From the NCBI RefSeq assembly GCF_037042905.1, contig NC_087252.1:744001-808000 (forward strand): 64,000 nucleotides of DNA, written 5' to 3'. Source of the DNA: Lytechinus pictus (Eukaryota). The notes under the pieces were generated by a model, which did not search any database, was not told where the DNA came from, and saw only the letters and a program-made list of their open reading frames with translations. A program made the position numbers and the translations under genes. Shown here in pieces: positions 57,655-64,000 of this stretch. The number at the start of each line of letters is the position of its first letter. Position 1 is the stretch's first letter.

Positions 57655-60306
57655 ATGAATCGAACAGCTATCCTGTGTCTATTTGCCATGTTAGTTCTCT
57701 TCAGCTCTGTCAATGGCAAACGCCGTTTAAATTCTCGTCGATACAAAGAGAGTCCCATCATCAAGCGAGAGGCATATGAAGGGGTAAGATGATTAAGGTA
57801 TATTTTCAATTGGCCCAATGCCAATTCGTTCAATTACCAACTTGTATTCTGTATTTAGACCAGCTGGTTATGAGACGTAATGGTCATAGACCTAGACGCA
57901 CTGGTGATTAGGCGACGAAGTGATGATTAGACCAAATGGTTATTGGACCAAAAAGTTGTTAGACGAAATGTTGATGGACGGAATTGGCAATTTGCCGATC
58001 CAACATGCATGCATATCCTTAAAAAATGGATACGGAATTCTTCATACTGCTTGTGTTTTATTCAAGGCATATTATTGCCTAGGGAGCGTTTCATAAAATG
58101 ACTTGTGAGACGTTTTATCCGACAAGTCCTGTTTTATCTGACAGGAACCATAGAAAGAGCGCTTCTTAGCCAATCAAAATCAAGGGAAGTTGACGGATCT
58201 GACAAATTAGACGACAACCAACTATTGATGAGACGGTCCCAGAACTAACTTGCGTCAGGAATAGAACCGACTAATTCTAGATCACAAAGTTTTCATTGAT
58301 TAGTGATACAAATCGCAAATATCATCAAATACAATCCTGTATTTGTGATTGTATTTGTGTTTAATAATCATTTGCAAATCTTGCGATTTATTTCAATTTG
58401 TTATAATAAAAACATAATTATAAAACAGTAATATTCATATCTAAATATACCTAATCTCTAATTAACTTGAAAAACGATGTTATTTAAGGTACTCTGCATC
58501 CGGCTCTGAATGCTCTTCAAACAATTTTCGTTGATGCTTAGTTCCTATTATCACTATCAATGTAACATTATACAGTGCGTCCCACAAAAACGAAACCGAG
58601 ATTTATCGATGATTTATCATAACTTAATCACAAAAACAATAGACGAATGACCTACCATTGTAAAGCTTAGAATCTCTTCTTTCATCTGAAATTACTTAGA
58701 TTATTTCTCATTCACACATGAGTGAGCAAAAACAATTTGAAGAGGGGATACCAACAATTTATTTGGCGGGCTGTATCTGTGTTTCAAAAAGAAAACAAAA
58801 TTTTTTAAAAGTTCAATATCTGCTCTTTAATTTGATACCTCAATTACAGAAAATGGTCAAAAAGAAAAAAAGTTCTTGTTATTTAAAATAAGGCTTGTAT
58901 TTCAATAATTTCATAAAATGAAGAGGTTTTTACAGGCTAGCGTTCAAACTCACTCGACACTTCGTTTTGTTGACGATCAGCCATGCATTAAGTCTTTTGT
59001 TAACCATGCGATAGCTTCTGTGAGAAACCGGTGAAAACACGTTTATTTAATGAAATTATGGAAATACAAGCATTGTTTCGAGTGAACATAACTTTTTTAC
59101 TTCTTGACCATTTTTTGTGATTGAGGTGTCAAATAAAAGAGCAGATATTGAACTTTTTAGGCATGCGATTTTCTTTTTGAAATTCAGATACCCCCGCCAA
59201 ATGAGTTTTTGGTATCCTTTCTTCAAATTGTTTTTGCTCACTCATGCGTGAATGAGGAATAATCTAAGTAATATCAGATGAAAGAGGATATTCTAAGCTT
59301 TACATTGGTGGGTCATTTGTCTATTGTATTTGTGATTAAGTTATGATAAATCGTCGCTTAATCTCGGTTTCGTTTTTTCTGGGACGCACTGTATTCTGTC
59401 AAATTATTTCATACCTAATTTAGATGTCATCGATTGGTAATATGACCATGGGCCTATGGGAAATAGAGATTATCGGCGAGAAAGCAAAGCGACATAGTAG
59501 ATGAAGGTCGTGGGAGGGGTTTACCCCCCGGGGGGGCGGATCTAGGTCTCGCCAATATGGGGGCATAAAAATATTTTCATCCACATTTTTCCCAATTGGC
59601 TGCCAAAAGCGGATCCTTGTTGTTTTTAGCCCCGGGCCCGGGGATGGGGAGGGGACAGTCACATTCGTAACTTATAATTATCACGTCGACTTGGCGAGAT
59701 ACATATCTCACCATCTCTACAAGTCGATCACCCTGACAAAAAGTTTATTGTAAAAATAGCAGAAAAAATATATTGGCGAAGGTTTGAGGAAAATCCATCA
59801 AATAATGACAAAAGTTATTAGAATCTTAATTATTTGATGTGTGACGTCATATGCGACCAGCTTTCTTGCGTATTGTATGGTAAAAAATCAATGAAATGTC
59901 ATTTTCTCTGAAAAATGGAAATGTTTTTTTTTACCTTCAGTATATCAAAACACAAACAATGTCACACCTGCTCCTTAAAAGAAAATAAAAAATACGTCAT
60001 CATGGAACCATTAAAAATGAAATTTATGCATTTTATATTACATAACATATGGGGCAGCTGCTCGTTTATGAACACACAAGTAACAAAAATGAAATTCTAA
60101 TAACTCTCTTAATTCTTAATAGATTTTCCTGAAACCTTTAAAGCTTCCGTGCATGTGTATTGTATTATTACAATGCATGTTTTATTTGCTTGTATCGTTA
60201 ATAGATGGCTGGAGGTGCGATGAAGGTTTCCAAAATCAACCAGAAGGTGAATGCAGCCAATGAACCTCATGGAGTCATGCGGAAGAAGCTTGAGCACGGA
60301 AAGTAA
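57655..60306 (+). CDS. Candidate small secreted peptide precursor, exons 57655-57783 and 60205-60306 (76 aa)
   Basis: MNRTAILCLFAMLVLFSSVNG (signal-like) KRRLNSRRYKESPIIKREAYEG then gtaaga donor; pyrimidine-rich aatag acceptor then MAGGAMKVSKINQKVNAANEPHGVMRKKLEHGK and TAA; exon 2 assignment is less certain. Confidence 0.55.
58573..59391. mobile_element. Tc1/mariner-type MITE with long TIRs
   Basis: TA|CAGTGCGTCCCA...TGGGACGCACTG|TA; inverted similarity extends about 300 bp. Confidence 0.88.
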
Positions 60307-61135
60307 TTGACTGGCCAGGCTGGGAGGACGCGGGATCCATGCATCATCAAACATCTACCCAAACGAAAACCACACGATACCACACACCCTGACCACTCAC
60401 GCCCACCAGATCAACTTTAACACGAAAATTAGCGATCAATTGCTAAATGGACTGGCCAATAAAGATCAATATTACATGCGCATTTGGTTTAAAATATTGA
60501 CTAAGAAACAATCAGTGTGGTTCTTTCATATTTGCAATTCATCGCAAACCTTTGTGTTACGAAAGCCAGATCAGCTTTACTTATAAATTAAAAGTTCATT
60601 CTCGTATTCATCTATGAATTAATTAATGAATAAATTAATCAATTATCCCATGCAATAATGATAATCATTTTACAAATTTATAGCCAATTAGTTACGAATA
60701 CATCTAAAAGCAAGGATAATAGAAACCAGGAAATACCATGAATGCTAGTCAAGTATGGTCCCTTGGCAATGAAATAATGTAATGTTTTCTAACTTGTTAC
60801 GTTAAATTTATTACTTGGCTTATGAATACAAGATAATCGATGTTTCGACGTCAAATTTAAATTCAAATTAAAGAAAAGAAATACCTATGAATAGGTTAAG
60901 GAAATATTTCCTTCTGCTACCAATGGATCAATGTGGGTGGCATATATAGTCATCAAATAAACTTAAAGAAAAGCATGCGTTGTATTATACCACATGAATT
61001 CTTGGTTTTAATGGTTTGGGTGTTTTATCTTGTATTATCTACAAATTATTTCATTCTAGGTAAAACTGAATAAAGATAAATAATCAAACAGAAACTATTA
61101 ATGCTGTGTCTTATTCAAAAATCTTGGAAGCATTT

Positions 61136-61790
61136 CAGGGGTGGATCCAGCTTTTTATAAAGGGGGGGTTGGGGTGGTATGCGAGGGAGCGAAGCGACCG
61201 AGTCCAAGCGAGCGGAGCGAGCGAGGGGGGAGGGTGTGGGAGGGGGGTGTCCCCCCTCCCACAGTAGGGAAAATTTTTGAAAATCTGTGTGTGAAAATGG
61301 CGTTTTCTTGCATCTAAAACACCACTCTTTTTGGTATAGAGGTCGTTGCCAAATTAACCCCCATGAAAATTTGTAAAATTAAGTTGCATTTTCCTGCAAT
61401 GTAAGGCCAGTTAACAACACAGATACAAAGAATTGGGGACCTTGGAATAAGCACTGTTAGCCTAATACTTTTATTATGAACAGCTTGTCACTGATACTCA
61501 CTGGCAAATCTCAGTCAAATATGATGGACTGGCAGAAGAGACGCCTTGGATGTTTCTGTACAAATATTATTTTCATTCCCAAATATTTATTTTTCATCCC
61601 CAAAGACTTCAACAATCCCCCATTTTTTTTTTTTTTAATGTGGGGATTTTGGGGATGAGAATCGGCAACGCTGGCCTAGCTTGTCACTTCGGCGGTGGCC
61701 CGTGTCCTCAAAAAAGCTGATGGGGGGGGGGGGGGCAAGGGACTCTGTGACATTTGTTCGCCCAACCCCCCCCCCCCTCCCCCAAAAAGA

Positions 61791-61827
<37 letters not shown>

Positions 61828-61966
61828 GAAATAAATACATAGAAATAGAATAAAATTAAATTACAAGTTTTAAAAAAAGATAAGATTTAAAAAAATGGTC
61901 CCCGGATTTTTTTTTGGGGGGGCTGCAACCCCCCCCCCCCCCACCCCCCCTCTAGATCCGCTTCTG
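61136..61966. mobile_element. TIR element CAGGGGTGGATC...GATCCGCTTCTG
   Basis: Imperfect TIRs; GCATTT directly repeated on both sides. Confidence 0.6.
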
Positions 61967-63469
61967 GCATTTGCGCAAAGAGTTTTTTCCGGCTGAGGTA
62001 ATATCTTTAAAACCCTACTAGGCCTGAAGTTGATTTTTATGCCGAATGAAAGATGAATTCTGCATTACCGTCTTGCGAAATTAAGCGAAATTTGAAACAA
62101 AAAATAACCGTCTGTTATTTCACATCAGATTTTGATGGAGGTTTCAGCTTAAAAGTTTTCCCCTGCAATCAAAAAAAAGTTTTATAGGGGCGGACTTATC
62201 TTTGACATGCGGAAGGACAATATTCCGAATGTGGGTGTTGGTGGATGTGGTTGGATACGACGTTTATTTTGTGTAGAGTTATCAAGTGGGTGTTTCATAA
62301 AGCTGTTCGTAATCTTCGAGCGACTGTACGAAAGACTCATATCATTTCTTATGGTAAATGATATATACCGAACATAGAGAGGTTACAGAATTTTCATTGA
62401 TGTTGATTTAGCGCATAAAAAAAGGATCACCAGTCGTTCGTCAAGTGAAACACACACCAGGACCCCGTTTACAAGCTTAATAAGCTTATAAGTATTATAG
62501 TAGCTTTGCCATCCAATGGTAGCTACCATGGTAACGCTGGTAAACAGCCAATCAAAATCAAGGATTCCATGCAAGTTACTATTGGATGAACAAGTTTAGT
62601 AACTTTTATGCAACGGGGCCCAGGTCTGCAAGAGAAATTAATAAATGTAGGTTGATATCACTGTCATAATATTGAAAACAGCACAGTCAAATTCTGTACA
62701 TGGAATAACACATAGAACATTAGCAAAGATACCCATTTAAAGGTCAAGTCCACCACAGGAAAATGTTGATTTGAGTAAATAGAGAAAAATCAAACTAGCA
62801 TAACGCTGAAAATTTCATCAAAATCGGAAAATAACTGAGAAATTCATTTTATTTTAAAGTTTCGCTTAATTTCACAAAACAGTTATCTTCACATCCTGGC
62901 TGGTATGCAAATAAGGGGACTGATGACATCACTCACTATTTCTCTTGTATTTTATTATATGAAATATTCCGATTTTCTCCCCCTTGTCATGTAAAATTTT
63001 GTTTTATTCCTTCCGGAACATGTGGAATTAACATTGTTAAACATTATGTGGTTCAGTCAAGTTTTACAATACTGTCAATTCTTTAAAAATCATAAATATC
63101 GTATCATTCAAACAAGAAAAAACTAAAGAAATAGTGAGTGATGGCTAGCACCTTTGTTTATATTCCCGATTCTAGAGCCATTAATTGTATTTGTTTAATG
63201 AAACGATCAGTAGATCGTCAATAATCGGTTTACCTCACGTAGCTAGGATTTTTTTCCTGGGGGCACTGGGGGGGGGGTCCTTGCTTTTTTAGGGGTGGGC
63301 ACCATTTTTTCCGGTGTGTGTGTATGTGTCACAAGGGCGGATCCGACTTTCGCCAATAGGGGACGGGGCCCGAAAATATCTTCACCTATATTTTCTCCGA
63401 TCAGTCACTTCTTAGTTTTATTCTTATAAAACAAAATTAACATGAAATAATCTCATAAGCCTTATAAAA

Positions 63470-63960
63470 AGTGCGAGCGCGAAGCGCGAGCGATTTTTTG
63501 TTTTACTTTCATGTATTTTGTCCTGAAAATGTAATATTCTGGGCAATATTATGTATGATCCTGAACAAGATTCGTATGTAACTAGGTGGTTACTGCGAAC
63601 GCCAAGCGCGAGCAGAAATCTATATTGACTGTTCTAGCATTATCGAAAAGGGACCTGTTAAGGACTGCTTAGCCTACAGTTACCCACGAAGACGGTATAT
63701 ATTTCAATAATGGGAGCGCGAAGCGCGAGCAAATCTTTTGGGACATTCCGACCTAAAAAAGGTCATTCTAAGCACTTTTTGTATTAATAAATGGGATATG
63801 TATGTAACTAAACAATTGATGTGAGCGCGAAGCGCTAAAGGAAGAAAATTAAGATCTTAGACCTAAAAGCGGGACACTCTATTCATATTTTGTAAATCAT
63901 AAATAGGATATAGTTAATTGGGTATCATTAATAATGCGATCGTGAAGCGTGAGCAGACAA
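63470..63960. repeat. Degenerate tandem repeat of about 110-120 bp with a GCGAGCGCGAAGCGCGAGC motif
   Basis: Motif near 63473, 63595, 63713, 63821 and 63935; probably inside a TIR element that runs off the window. Confidence 0.7.
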
Positions 63961-64000
63961 TTATTGATATTCTGATGTGAAACTGGATAATTTAAGTAAA

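Noticed and set aside
60109..60354. Minus-strand 81 aa ORF as a gene
   Set aside because: No motif or partner exon found; the plus-strand exon model fits better, though neither is proven.

Overview
Intron-rich, AT-rich animal genomic DNA; the repeat families look like those of a sea urchin or a related invertebrate deuterostome (inference). Bases 299-14550 (+) hold at least 21 exons (about 1170 aa in the window, 5' end upstream) of a STAND-type protein: FBA-like domain, DUF4062, NACHT/AAA_16 P-loop, then TPRs (nephrocystin-3/TEP1-like). The last four exons and 3' flank are tandemly duplicated (12449-20044 copied to 20051-40416), and the downstream part is duplicated again (about 36940-42588 copied to 42589-56493). 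Comparing the copies gives empty sites, so several insertions can be mapped exactly: a full-length Ty3/Gypsy element, a 5.5 kb EnSpm-type element, a LINE fragment, a Penelope-like remnant, a deep nest of DNA transposons and MITEs. The most notable signals are a two-copy SINE with a 7SL-like (Alu-domain) head and a Deu/Nin-like core, a duplicated intact TPR exon cassette, and a small two-exon secreted-peptide precursor candidate (57655-60306) missing from the ORF track. All coordinates were read by eye and no database searches were run.
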